Below are positions 30,138-38,983 of a stretch of DNA of 64,000 nt, piece by piece; position 1 is the first letter of the stretch; every line of letters begins with the position of its first letter. Location: positions 32,001 to 96,000 of IMG/VR virus record IMGVR_UViG_3300028569_002586; one strand, written 5' to 3'. The stretch is from a virus. A program made the translations under genes and the position numbers. The notes beneath the pieces were generated by a model. That model worked only from the letters and a program-made list of their open reading frames with translations, did not search any database and was not told the DNA's origin.

Positions 30138-32432
30138 TTAAGCAACAATCTCCTGGAAATTAACACCGGTTCTTGTTGCATAGAAGTTAGCAAGAATATA
30201 TTCAGCTGTTCTCACAGGCTTGATGTAGATATCTATCACCAAGGTATTATCATCCACAACAGATGGTGGGTTGTTTCTTTCGTCACAAATTAACAAGTAG
30301 TCATATATGCCTTGTGTATTCTTTGCATTTTCAAAGATGGGTGTCAAGGTGTTAACAACTTGTGTTCTTGTGAAGAGTGTGTTGGGTTCAAACACAAAGT
30401 ACTTGATGGTATTCTTTGTGGCTGTCTCAAGATTCAAGAACAATCTGCGTACATTAATTCTATCAAATGCACTGGGTCTCTGTTGTAGTGTCTTTTGACC
30501 GAAGATTACAAATCCTTCTGCAGGGAAGAAAGCCACAGGGTTGAGACCCTGTTTGTAAAGATCATCTCTTTGTTTCTGCTTAGGATATATGGCGAGATCA
30601 GTTATTCCTGTTACAACACCGCGGGTAAACCCAGCAGGTGCATACCAAGGTTGATAATTTGTGTCAGTGTTTGCAAAGCTAGCTGCAGCAAACCCAGAGA
30701 ATGGTACCCACACATCTAGATTTGCGGCAATATCGGATACTCTCACACATGTTGCAAATGTACAAGTGTAATTTGAATCAATTCCAGAAAATTGATTCTT
30801 TAGCGGCCAATATATGTCTGTTGAGAATGCTTTGGCAGGGTTATCAATTGTCTTGAGCCCACCAGAAACAAGAATGTTTGTCAAAGGATCAAGTATCGCC
30901 ATGTTGTCTTTGCGTGCATTCTGTGCAAAACTAACTAGCTCTGTGGCTACTTCAAGATATTTTGAAGCAGCATTAGGCAATGTAGTTGATCTCTGAGCAG
31001 TTAATGCATTAAATGCTGAATCATATGGCACAGAATCATCAAAGTAACCTGATGTTGCAGGGTTAAATGAGTTGACATACACTGTTCCCAGGCCTGCCTC
31101 AACAACAATATTGAGAGGATACAGATCAGAGTTATCAACCTTACCAAACAATTTCTGTAGCTTGGTTGGTACACTGCCAATCTTCTTTGTGTTAAGGTCT
31201 TGACTTGTATAGTCCCCAATTGGGAACAATGCATCAGTATCACCAATAAGATTTCTAAAGGCATTTACTGTTGCTTCTGGTGCACCAACACGTGTTGTGT
31301 AATCACCAGCGCTCTCACCATCCAATGGCTGTGCTAGACGTGTGCTTAGGAAACGGGTCTTCTTGGTAGGAACACCATTGACATTAAGCCATGTTGGTCC
31401 ATTCTTATTGGAAATGTATGGATTAATAAGAGTTATGATCTGTAAAGACTGGTCATCTTTATTCTCCATGAAAAAGCTAATGGCAGGGCCACCATTTTGA
31501 CTGTTAATCTGTCTGTTAGCATCAAATGATGCAACATAACTCTCTTCTAGAACAAATCCTAATGCAATTGTATCAGGAGAGAACACAGTTTGACGGAGTT
31601 TGAATACACCGAACACTGCTGTATCATCATACAGATCATTGCTAATTGGAAAGGTGGGGATATCTTCTAGAACTTGTGAAATGCTTCCAGCAGGGCTAGA
31701 TTTTGTAGCAGAAAGAACAAAGTCTAATCTTGCTTGTGGTAGCTCCACATAATTGGTTGTAAAGAGATTTGAGTTATTGATAGAGTAAACTTGCTGAACA
31801 GTATCATATTCTGTTGCAGGGTTGAGATTAGTATTATCTATTGCACCAAGATAATACCCTTCAAATCTGCTATTGATTGTGGATTGTGATTTATTCAGTA
31901 CAACCATTCCAGCGTATTGGAAAGAATCAATAGTACTAAATGCTGTGGCACCACCGTAGCCAGATGTATTAGCAGACCATGTAAAGGCATCGCCTCTTAG
32001 TATGCTGAGATATTCTTCTTGTGTCAATTTAACATGTGTAGGCTTGCCAAAGAAATATGTGGAAGAAGCTGCTGCAACATTTGTTGAAGAAACCCCGTTA
32101 GCATATGATACAACAGGGTATACTAGTGCACTGAAACTATCAGAGGTATCAATGCCTGATCCTTCGCCATATGGCATTCTGTATACTAAAACATCAGAAG
32201 GGCTTTGAAAAACTGCTTTAACAGTGTGGTAGAAATATCTTTCTGCACCATTGGTAGGTTGGCCGTAAATTTGTTCAAATTCTGATAGGCTTCCAACTTT
32301 AATTGCTTCTGAAACAGGGCCTTTTGTAGCGAAACCAGGGATTAAAACTGTTGTTGCAGCATTACCAACTGCTCGCAATGAAAGATCTATCTCACTTATT
32401 TGTACACCAGGACTTTGAATTACGCGCGCCAT
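30138..32432 (-). CDS. gp18: Tail sheath protein (gp18)
   Basis: SPGVQISEID, PWYAPAGFTRG, FDRINVRRLF, FEPN, IYIKP. Confidence 0.95.
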   Translation of the reverse strand: MARVIQSPGVQISEIDLSLRAVGNAATTVLIPGFATKGPVSEAIKVGSLSEFEQIYGQPTNGAERYFYHTVKAVFQSPSDVLVYRMPYGEGSGIDTSDSFSALVYPVVSYANGVSSTNVAAASSTYFFGKPTHVKLTQEEYLSILRGDAFTWSANTSGYGGATAFSTIDSFQYAGMVVLNKSQSTINSRFEGYYLGAIDNTNLNPATEYDTVQQVYSINNSNLFTTNYVELPQARLDFVLSATKSSPAGSISQVLEDIPTFPISNDLYDDTAVFGVFKLRQTVFSPDTIALGFVLEESYVASFDANRQINSQNGGPAISFFMENKDDQSLQIITLINPYISNKNGPTWLNVNGVPTKKTRFLSTRLAQPLDGESAGDYTTRVGAPEATVNAFRNLIGDTDALFPIGDYTSQDLNTKKIGSVPTKLQKLFGKVDNSDLYPLNIVVEAGLGTVYVNSFNPATSGYFDDSVPYDSAFNALTAQRSTTLPNAASKYLEVATELVSFAQNARKDNMAILDPLTNILVSGGLKTIDNPAKAFSTDIYWPLKNQFSGIDSNYTCTFATCVRVSDIAANLDVWVPFSGFAAASFANTDTNYQPWYAPAGFTRGVVTGITDLAIYPKQKQRDDLYKQGLNPVAFFPAEGFVIFGQKTLQQRPSAFDRINVRRLFLNLETATKNTIKYFVFEPNTLFTRTQVVNTLTPIFENAKNTQGIYDYLLICDERNNPPSVVDDNTLVIDIYIKPVRTAEYILANFYATRTGVNFQEIVA

Positions 32433-32438
32433 ATAAAG

Positions 32439-32444
32439 TATTTA
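32439..32444 (-). promoter_or_regulatory. Late promoter box TAAATA, 6 nt before sheath ATG
   Basis: Motif and position. Confidence 0.75.
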
Positions 32445-32475
32445 TTGATTCTGAACTAAAGTTTTGAAAAAAAAA

Positions 32476-33105
32476 TTATAAACTGTCAACATTTTCTACT
32501 AATCTTACATAGAATTGTGAATAAGCAAAGGTAAAAGAGGTTTCTAGTTCATTTGAAGTGCGGTAATTTAAATCTAAAGCACCTAAGCTTATTGGAAAAG
32601 CTTTTTTAAAAATAAATTCTACAGTGCGTTTATCATATTCATCTAGAGAAAATAAAGACAAGTCAGCAGTATAATCAATGTCCACAATGGGTTTTTTAGC
32701 TCTATCAGTTGGATTAAAAAATTTACCTGTAAGATTATTTTTATCATACAAACCTGTGGCATCATCATTCAAGAAATTAAGCCAAGAGTATATTGTCCAA
32801 TAATTGTTGAATCTGTTGTCCACAGTGAACCCTACAGAAACAGGGTCCCATGCAGGGCGTGTGAGACTGGATTGTGCGTATGTCTGACCTCCATATAATG
32901 TATCAACTTTGGGTATATTGATTGCAGGTATGGCAGCAGAAAAAACAGAAAACTGAATAGAGTCAAAAGATACTTTTTCATCTCTTCTTTCAAACTTGCT
33001 ATCTGTCTTTCTTATGCTAGGTGGCAAATTGAGAACCAGTAAAAATTTATCTTGACGTTGTTTGTTAAAAGGGCTTTGAATGTATGTGCTGTTCAGATCT
33101 GTCAT
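32476..33105 (-). CDS. gp3: Tail completion / tube terminator (gp3-like)
   Basis: IP.I.I, P.SV.F.VD..F.NY..IY.W, F..AFPISL..L, F.Y motifs. Confidence 0.7.
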   Translation of the reverse strand: MTDLNSTYIQSPFNKQRQDKFLLVLNLPPSIRKTDSKFERRDEKVSFDSIQFSVFSAAIPAINIPKVDTLYGGQTYAQSSLTRPAWDPVSVGFTVDNRFNNYWTIYSWLNFLNDDATGLYDKNNLTGKFFNPTDRAKKPIVDIDYTADLSLFSLDEYDKRTVEFIFKKAFPISLGALDLNYRTSNELETSFTFAYSQFYVRLVENVDSL

Positions 33106-34799
33106 TTTAGAAACCTCCAGCCTTGTCCTTGCAAGTCACTGACATCATTGAAATTGTTTTCATTATTTCCTTGCATGATAATAGGCAAGGGTGTGAAAGC
33201 TGTTCTGTCTTTTTCATTGTTGTATGAACTTGATGGGTTCACATAATATTTAATGCCATAGTCCAGTGCTCGTATCTTTAACGGTTTTTTATTGTCATCA
33301 AATTCCACAATCTCAAGATACTTTTCTGCTAACTCATTTTCAAGAATAATTAAAGCCCATACCAGAGACATCACTCTGTCATCCCAATTGTCTGCTCCAG
33401 GTTTGGTACTCCATGTGCCATTGGCATGACGAATAAAATTCTTAAGCTCAATGAGCGTTTGCATATCACGAATCTTGACCACTCTTAGCTCATTAATCCA
33501 GTAGCGCATATTGGTGATGCCTTTATACTTTGTATTAGTGTGGGCTTGTACACCAATTTTATTGACCAGTGCTCTGATGCCATATGAAACAATGTTTTCA
33601 TAATTGTGAGTATTTTTAAGTTGATCGACAACCTGGGCACCACAATTGTTCCTTTCAATTAGTGCCAGAGGCGCACCCCAGTGCTGCAATATGTCAAAAA
33701 GTTTAGCAGTAAAATTATAAGGAGAAATGTTTCTATTATGATAAGTGGCAACTTGAGTGATGTTTCTAAGATCAGTTATATCTAGTATTTGTATGACACT
33801 TGCAGCTTCACCAACACCTTCACTTATATCCACACCAGCCACATACACATGATCTTGCTTAAAAGTGTCCCACAACAGATAGCTACCCTCATCATACACA
33901 AATTCAGGCTCCATTACTTCAGCTTTTAATTCTTCGAAAAGCTTTTCATTAATAGAACTCTCTCCTGTTTGAATAAACTCATTACAGAATTCTTGACTAA
34001 ATGCTTCAACGCTGCCTAGAGTGCGGATGGTCTTTTCTTTCCATTCCTCATCTCTGCCTGGAACTTCCCACCAATCCACTCTTTCAGAGTGCCATCCATT
34101 TTTACCTTCAAGTGCACCAGTGTAGAGTTCATGAAAAAGATTTCCTGTACCGTTTGGAGTTGAAGCAACAAATATTTTTGATTTCTTGGAACTGGATATG
34201 ATGGGATATACAGATTTCCAAAAAGCTTCTACAAGATGATTGTCAATAAAAGCTAATTCATCTAATATAAGGCAATTTACAGATGAACCTCTGCCTGCAT
34301 CACTTGATGTAGTAGAAATGCCAATGGAGCTTCCATTGCCCAGGGTCATGGAAGTTTTGCCATACTCTACAGCGCCAGGCTTTATGTAATTAGGTAGCTG
34401 CTCATAAGCTAATCGTATTCTCTTGAAAATGTTAATTGCTGTACTCTCTTTGTTTGCCACAACTAATATGTTCTGATCTTCATTGAAGCATGCAACCCAC
34501 AAGGCATATATGGTCATCATGGTACTTTTGCCTGATTGTCTAGAAGAAAGCAGCACAACAAATCTGTTATCCCTCAATGCTCTCAAGATTTTTTTCTGAT
34601 ATCCATGCAGAGCAATTTTTTCACGACCTCTGTCAAGATTTACTATATAAAAAAAGTTTTCTGCAAAATATAAAATATTTTTTCTGCACTTATCAATGTC
34701 TTTTACCCATTCAGGGTGATCAGCATAATTAAATGATGCATCAGGCCGTGGTAGATTTTGATTACCAAGATAAAATTGTTTGCTGTTCTTATCGGTCAT
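33102..34799 (-). CDS. gp17: Terminase large subunit (gp17)
   Basis: YLGN.NL, RQSGKST Walker A, LILDELAF, STPNG, WWEVPGRD, DDRVMSL. Confidence 0.95.
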   Translation of the reverse strand: MTDKNSKQFYLGNQNLPRPDASFNYADHPEWVKDIDKCRKNILYFAENFFYIVNLDRGREKIALHGYQKKILRALRDNRFVVLLSSRQSGKSTMMTIYALWVACFNEDQNILVVANKESTAINIFKRIRLAYEQLPNYIKPGAVEYGKTSMTLGNGSSIGISTTSSDAGRGSSVNCLILDELAFIDNHLVEAFWKSVYPIISSSKKSKIFVASTPNGTGNLFHELYTGALEGKNGWHSERVDWWEVPGRDEEWKEKTIRTLGSVEAFSQEFCNEFIQTGESSINEKLFEELKAEVMEPEFVYDEGSYLLWDTFKQDHVYVAGVDISEGVGEAASVIQILDITDLRNITQVATYHNRNISPYNFTAKLFDILQHWGAPLALIERNNCGAQVVDQLKNTHNYENIVSYGIRALVNKIGVQAHTNTKYKGITNMRYWINELRVVKIRDMQTLIELKNFIRHANGTWSTKPGADNWDDRVMSLVWALIILENELAEKYLEIVEFDDNKKPLKIRALDYGIKYYVNPSSSYNNEKDRTAFTPLPIIMQGNNENNFNDVSDLQGQGWRFLK

Positions 34800-34804
34800 T
34801 TACA

Positions 34805-34814
34805 TAAATATTTA
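34805..34814. promoter_or_regulatory. Palindromic bidirectional late promoter TAAATATTTA (5 nt to ATG 34816 on +, 9 nt to terminase ATG on -)
   Basis: Perfect 10-bp palindrome in a 16-nt intergenic gap. Confidence 0.75.
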
Positions 34815-34815
34815 C

Positions 34816-35673
34816 ATGAACAAAGCACGCGAACTAGTAGAAATGGGAAATCTTTATAATGAGAAGGTTACGTTCCCTCCAAAGGGTACATTTGAATTGG
34901 CAAAAGATGCTAAAGAGAAGAAAAAACCTTTTGTTGGTAAGCCTACAGGTCCTGAAGGCTCACAAGGATTCAGGCAAGATGCCATTACAGACCCTAAAGT
35001 TACTAAGAATAAAGAAACCTTTCAAGACGTGAAAAAGTTTTCCGCAGAAAAATTTCATGAAAAAGTTGGAAAAAGTGAGACCAAGAATATAAATAATTGT
35101 ATGAGCAACATATTTGATAAACTTTTTGAAGACGTAATGGGCCTTTCCCAAGATGATCAAGACGCACAAGATCTTGGTCTACCAGCAGCTGCTGGTGCTG
35201 AGAAAGCCGAAACCCCAGAGGGCGGTGAAGAGACAGTAACCATTACTCTTGACAAAGCTCTTGCTCAGAAGCTTCATGACGTTTTGATGTCTGCCATGGG
35301 TGGTGAAGAAGAAGTTCCTGAAGCCCCAGAAGGGGAAGAAAATGCTGAACATTCAGAGGACCATGGAAATGGTGAACAAGAGAATGCTGAAGAAATTGCT
35401 GGTGAAGGCACTGAGACGACAGAAGTCAAACCTGCTGCAGGTCAGTCTTTGCAGGGTAAAAGCAATAAAGTTGGTGGAACAGTAGATAGTCTTGTTGCTA
35501 AAGGCGGTGGAGATGGCAAAGTTAAGAGTGAAGTTGATGGCAAAGGTAAGGATGAAGGTCATGCCTTAGTTGGTAGCGGTGTCAAGGGTGGTGCTCCAAC
35601 ATCTCCTAAAGGGAAAGCCAATGTAGTAGCTGGTAAAGCTTCTAATGTTGGTCATTATCTCTTCCAGAAATAA
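34816..35673 (+). CDS. Acidic/Gly-Lys-rich late protein, possible prohead core or internal protein; start reassigned to ATG 34816
   Basis: Late box 5 nt upstream; low-complexity E-rich then G/K-rich; second in-frame promoter-driven start at 35101. Confidence 0.55.
   Translation: MNKARELVEMGNLYNEKVTFPPKGTFELAKDAKEKKKPFVGKPTGPEGSQGFRQDAITDPKVTKNKETFQDVKKFSAEKFHEKVGKSETKNINNCMSNIFDKLFEDVMGLSQDDQDAQDLGLPAAAGAEKAETPEGGEETVTITLDKALAQKLHDVLMSAMGGEEEVPEAPEGEENAEHSEDHGNGEQENAEEIAGEGTETTEVKPAAGQSLQGKSNKVGGTVDSLVAKGGGDGKVKSEVDGKGKDEGHALVGSGVKGGAPTSPKGKANVVAGKASNVGHYLFQK
35088..35095 (+). promoter_or_regulatory. Internal perfect late promoter TATAAATA, 5 nt before in-frame ATG 35101
   Basis: TAAATAATTGTATG is identical to the context at 38553-38566. 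Confidence 0.7.
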
Positions 35674-35690
35674 TAGATACTTACAAAATA

Positions 35691-35723
35691 AAAAAAGCCT
35701 AACGAAAGTTAGGCTTTTTTTTT
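35691..35723. terminator. Rho-independent terminator, probably bidirectional
   Basis: AAAAAAGCCTAAC-GAAA-GTTAGGCTTTTTTTTT hairpin with GNRA loop. Confidence 0.9.
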
Positions 35724-35726
35724 GAT

Positions 35727-35732
35727 TAAATA
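35727..35732 (+). promoter_or_regulatory. Late promoter box TAAATA, 5 nt before ATG 35738
   Basis: Immediately after the terminator. Confidence 0.7.
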
Positions 35733-35737
35733 ACTAC

Positions 35738-36046
35738 ATGGACTCTTTTAAGAAATTTTTCAATATTAACATAGGCACAAAGAAGAGGCACATGCATCCT
35801 ATTCTGAATACCAAGCGTCCACATGAAACAGTGCCAGTCATGCATAGAACCAAGAAAGACATCTACAAGTTTAAGATACTAAAGAAGATGCAGTCAGGTA
35901 CAAAGATTATAACAAATCGTGAAGCACAAGAATTAATGAAAAGATTCAATGTAAAATTCTCTACAGACAATAAGGCCACTCTAGGCAACACAGGCATTTC
36001 ACTATACAAAAATCCAAATGGGGAAGGTTATATTTTACACAAATGA
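35738..36046 (+). CDS. Small basic late protein (MDSFKKFF N-terminus)
   Basis: ORF with late promoter, coupled to neck gene. Confidence 0.5.
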   Translation: MDSFKKFFNINIGTKKRHMHPILNTKRPHETVPVMHRTKKDIYKFKILKKMQSGTKIITNREAQELMKRFNVKFSTDNKATLGNTGISLYKNPNGEGYILHK

Positions 36047-36786
36047 CAAACGAAGATTGCACAAATTATTTCAAGGGTAATCCTGATATAAAGACATATC
36101 CAGAGTCAAAGAATACTACAAATGATTGCTTTTCATTTGTTGATAAAGATAATACAGCAGGTGAAAGAGATTTGTATTCTAACTACTGGAAAGAACAGAT
36201 TGGTCTGTATGGTCAAAAAGTAGGGTATATTCTGCATAACTATAACCTCAACTTGAGCGGCAATAATCTGTATGGAGAGCAACCTACCCAGCAATATTCG
36301 CCACCTGTGACAATTAAGATGCTGGTTAATTTGAATGAAAATGCCTTGATGCTTTCAAAGTATGGATTGCAGTCAGATGATGAGTTGACTGCTTTTGTGC
36401 ACATTAGCTCTTTCTATGAAGCTTTTGGATATGGTGCAGAGCCAAAATCTGGTGACTTGTTCCAGCTAACAGAATATGGTGATGACAGGCCAGGTGGCAG
36501 AACAGGAAAGATATTTGAGATAACAGAGCGTCTGGATGAAGATGTGGCTCAAATTAACCCACTAATGGGTCATTATGTTTGGTTGTTAAAGGCTAAGCGC
36601 TTTGAATACAGCTTTGAACCAGGTCTTTCTGGAGGGGAAGTTGTTAACCAACAAGTGTTTGATGACACTAAAAACCCCAGTGCTTCAGGTGCTAGCAAGC
36701 CTTATTCATTCAGTGCGGATGTGGCGTCAAAAGATATATTTGATTATAGCAAGACAAATTATGATAGTGCTTACGGTGGTTATTAA
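36043..36786 (+). CDS. gp14: Neck / head-closure protein (gp14-like)
   Basis: E.I.LYG..V.Y, LSKYGL..DDE.T, P.SGDL, IFEIT, Y.W.L.AKRFEYS. Confidence 0.75.
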   Translation: MTNEDCTNYFKGNPDIKTYPESKNTTNDCFSFVDKDNTAGERDLYSNYWKEQIGLYGQKVGYILHNYNLNLSGNNLYGEQPTQQYSPPVTIKMLVNLNENALMLSKYGLQSDDELTAFVHISSFYEAFGYGAEPKSGDLFQLTEYGDDRPGGRTGKIFEITERLDEDVAQINPLMGHYVWLLKAKRFEYSFEPGLSGGEVVNQQVFDDTKNPSASGASKPYSFSADVASKDIFDYSKTNYDSAYGGY

Positions 36787-37043
36787 AGATCCAGATTGTT
36801 ATGCATTGTGACAGGCAAAGGCTTGTTTAAGCACAATGCAATGAACTCATCTGCTTCTCTGCATGTGGAAAATTCAACTTTTAGTTGGGTTCTATTTTCC
36901 TTGACAAAATTATACTCAAACTTATTATCTTTTTTTCTTATGGTAAGAAGCTTGTAGATGCCATCTTCAAAGAGCTTGGTCTTTGGATGTGCCTTGATTG
37001 AGTATTTGTTTACTTTAAAAGTGGTTCCGGAAATGAAATGCAT
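36783..37043 (-). CDS. Hypothetical protein
   Basis: ORF, last gene of a coupled minus-strand operon. Confidence 0.5.
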   Translation of the reverse strand: MHFISGTTFKVNKYSIKAHPKTKLFEDGIYKLLTIRKKDNKFEYNFVKENRTQLKVEFSTCREADEFIALCLNKPLPVTMHNNLDL

Positions 37044-37318
37044 ATGGGATTGCTTGTTGTTTGAATGTTAGTTTTTTCATTAAACTCAATTTCATCAACC
37101 ATGGATTCATGTCTTTCAACAATATATTTTTGAAAAGCAAGAGGCTTGATCCAATCAAAATCCTTGTTGCTGTTGAGTTTCATTTGATGAGCCTTCTTGC
37201 AGACCAATTCAATGCCTTCTATTAAGCTTAACCAACGAGCATACTCCACCATGCTCATCTTATGCTCTTTAGTTTTGCCTTGAATGTTAACTGCTTTTTT
37301 TGGTGTTTGAGATTCCAT
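37010..37318 (-). CDS. Hypothetical protein
   Basis: ORF overlapping both neighbours. Confidence 0.55.
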   Translation of the reverse strand: MESQTPKKAVNIQGKTKEHKMSMVEYARWLSLIEGIELVCKKAHQMKLNSNKDFDWIKPLAFQKYIVERHESMVDEIEFNEKTNIQTTSNPICISFPEPLLK

Positions 37319-37730
37319 ATCCTATTATTATCATGAAAAGCTTGCGGGCGTCAAATACTTTTTTATCTATTTTTAAAGCATTTACTAGATTATTATGAAT
37401 GCTGAGATTATTTTCGAAGTTCTTAAAGATAGCTTCTAAGCTCTGTGTCATGGCTTGCTGTTTTTCAACCTCTATGGTTGTGTCCTTGAGCATATTACTA
37501 TAGAAATTAACAAACAAGAGCATGATATTTTTAAGAAAAGCGGCATCATCATTGTTGGAGGTTTTATAAAAATTATACCCTAAATCAAAATATTTTCTGA
37601 GTTCAAAAGGTATAATCTCCTGAATGCATTGGAAAAATTTATCAGCATCAAATTTTTGAGCTGGTGGTGCATCAAGAGAGGTTGCAGGTTTAACAGTAGT
37701 AATTGTGTCAATGCTATTCGAGTTTTGCAT
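37287..37730 (-). CDS. Hypothetical protein (start likely ATG 37730)
   Basis: ORF; this ATG overlaps the upstream gene end. Confidence 0.5.
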   Translation of the reverse strand: MQNSNSIDTITTVKPATSLDAPPAQKFDADKFFQCIQEIIPFELRKYFDLGYNFYKTSNNDDAAFLKNIMLLFVNFYSNMLKDTTIEVEKQQAMTQSLEAIFKNFENNLSIHNNLVNALKIDKKVFDARKLFMIIIGYGISNTKKSS

Positions 37731-38139
37731 TTGAAATAATTTCTGGCTTTGTTGTATCTGTATCAGCGATTGGCTCAGTAGCAATTGCTGTAAAGGGCTC
37801 TACTAGTACTGTTATTGTCTTCTGACAATCATTGCATTTGTATCTGTTGTCTGTATTGAATCTGAAAGGAACTAGCTGCTTTATTTGTTTGTGGCAAGGG
37901 CATTTCACCTCAACACCCTGATAGCTAAATTCCCGGATACGATCATTTTCCAGGGCCTTGTTCTTGAGCTCAACGTATGAATCTGTAAAGCGGTCAATGG
38001 CGTAGTTGATGACAAATTGTATGCATATGCCAAAGAACAATCCAAGGTAAAAATTTAATCCCATTGTGTTGAACACAACACCAGATATTACAGAGATAGA
38101 TGCAAGCAAAAATAATCTGAATAGTACTGATCCCATCAA
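37714..38139 (-). CDS. Membrane protein with two N-terminal hydrophobic helices and a Cys4 zinc ribbon
   Basis: Hydrophobic residues ~5-48; CPC...CNDC. Confidence 0.55.
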   Translation of the reverse strand: MMGSVLFRLFLLASISVISGVVFNTMGLNFYLGLFFGICIQFVINYAIDRFTDSYVELKNKALENDRIREFSYQGVEVKCPCHKQIKQLVPFRFNTDNRYKCNDCQKTITVLVEPFTAIATEPIADTDTTKPEIISNAKLE

Positions 38140-38531
38140 TTCATTTTAATGGCAATTTTTAAATTATCAAGATTATTAACTGCTTTTGTGATGGATTTGG
38201 AAGCTTCTTCTAAATTTTTAATGGCCTCATGTATATTTGTGTTGTTGTTTTCTTCTTCTTTCAGAACAGGGTTATTCAATGAGCTTCTTGTGAGATTCAG
38301 GGATATGCCCAGATTTGTTATAACTGTTCCAAGAGCAGGAATTAAATTGTTAAGCGGGTAAGGAATGATGTTGTTGTTCATGACTTGGTTGGGGTATTGT
38401 CCACCTTCATTGGGCTTGCCAAGTAAATCCTTAATAAACACCTTTTTAGAGCTAAATTCTCTGGAAGCAATGCCTTGAACCCATTTGTTGTAATTCATCA
38501 CATCTTCTTCATTCAGAATAACATTATTCAC
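38136..38531 (-). CDS. Hypothetical late protein (MNNVILNE N-terminus)
   Basis: ORF with late box 5 nt upstream. Confidence 0.55.
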   Translation of the reverse strand: MNNVILNEEDVMNYNKWVQGIASREFSSKKVFIKDLLGKPNEGGQYPNQVMNNNIIPYPLNNLIPALGTVITNLGISLNLTRSSLNNPVLKEEENNNTNIHEAIKNLEEASKSITKAVNNLDNLKIAIKMN

Positions 38532-38536
38532 AGAAA

Positions 38537-38558
38537 TATTTAATCATTTTCATAAATA
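38537..38558. promoter_or_regulatory. Divergent late promoter pair (TAAATA - strand 38537-38542; TAAATA + strand 38553-38558), each 5 nt from a start codon
   Basis: Motifs and positions. Confidence 0.7.
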
Positions 38559-38563
38559 ATTGT

Positions 38564-38983
38564 ATGGATTTGTTTAAAAGAGCGTTCTCTGTTGTATTGG
38601 AGCAAGATAATGATGTTGAAGATGTAGCAGAACCAGGTGCAGCTGCTGCAACACCAGCTAATGATAGAGAGGCCATGGCACAAAAGCTTGATACAGCTAA
38701 GCCTGAAGATTTCGGTGTCAAGGGTGGTATCACTAATGTTGATGCCATCAAAGCAAAGCAAAAGGGCAAGCTCAGTGAATGGATTGGCAAGATTGATGAG
38801 TTTATTGAATACCTTAATGGTACAAATGATGGTTCTATCCAAACACAGTTGCATGCAGCGCAATGTGAAACTATTTTTCAAGATATTGCAAGAAGTGAGA
38901 AAAAGAAAATTGCAAGACTTGCAGCAGAGTTGAGTTCCTTGAGTGAATCCTTTAAGGGTTATCTTATTTCTTCCACCGACTAA
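38564..38983 (+). CDS. Hypothetical late protein with capsid-targeting-like N-terminus (MDLFKRAFSVVLEQD)
   Basis: Late promoter; LE|QD shared with the 61923 gene. Confidence 0.55.
   Translation: MDLFKRAFSVVLEQDNDVEDVAEPGAAAATPANDREAMAQKLDTAKPEDFGVKGGITNVDAIKAKQKGKLSEWIGKIDEFIEYLNGTNDGSIQTQLHAAQCETIFQDIARSEKKKIARLAAELSSLSESFKGYLISSTD

Noticed and set aside
34780-34815. ORF-track starts at 34780, 40334, 60632, 60897 and 26923
   Set aside because: These extensions run through promoter boxes or neighbouring genes; promoter-adjacent starts at 34816, 40232, 60605, 60915 and 26914 fit better
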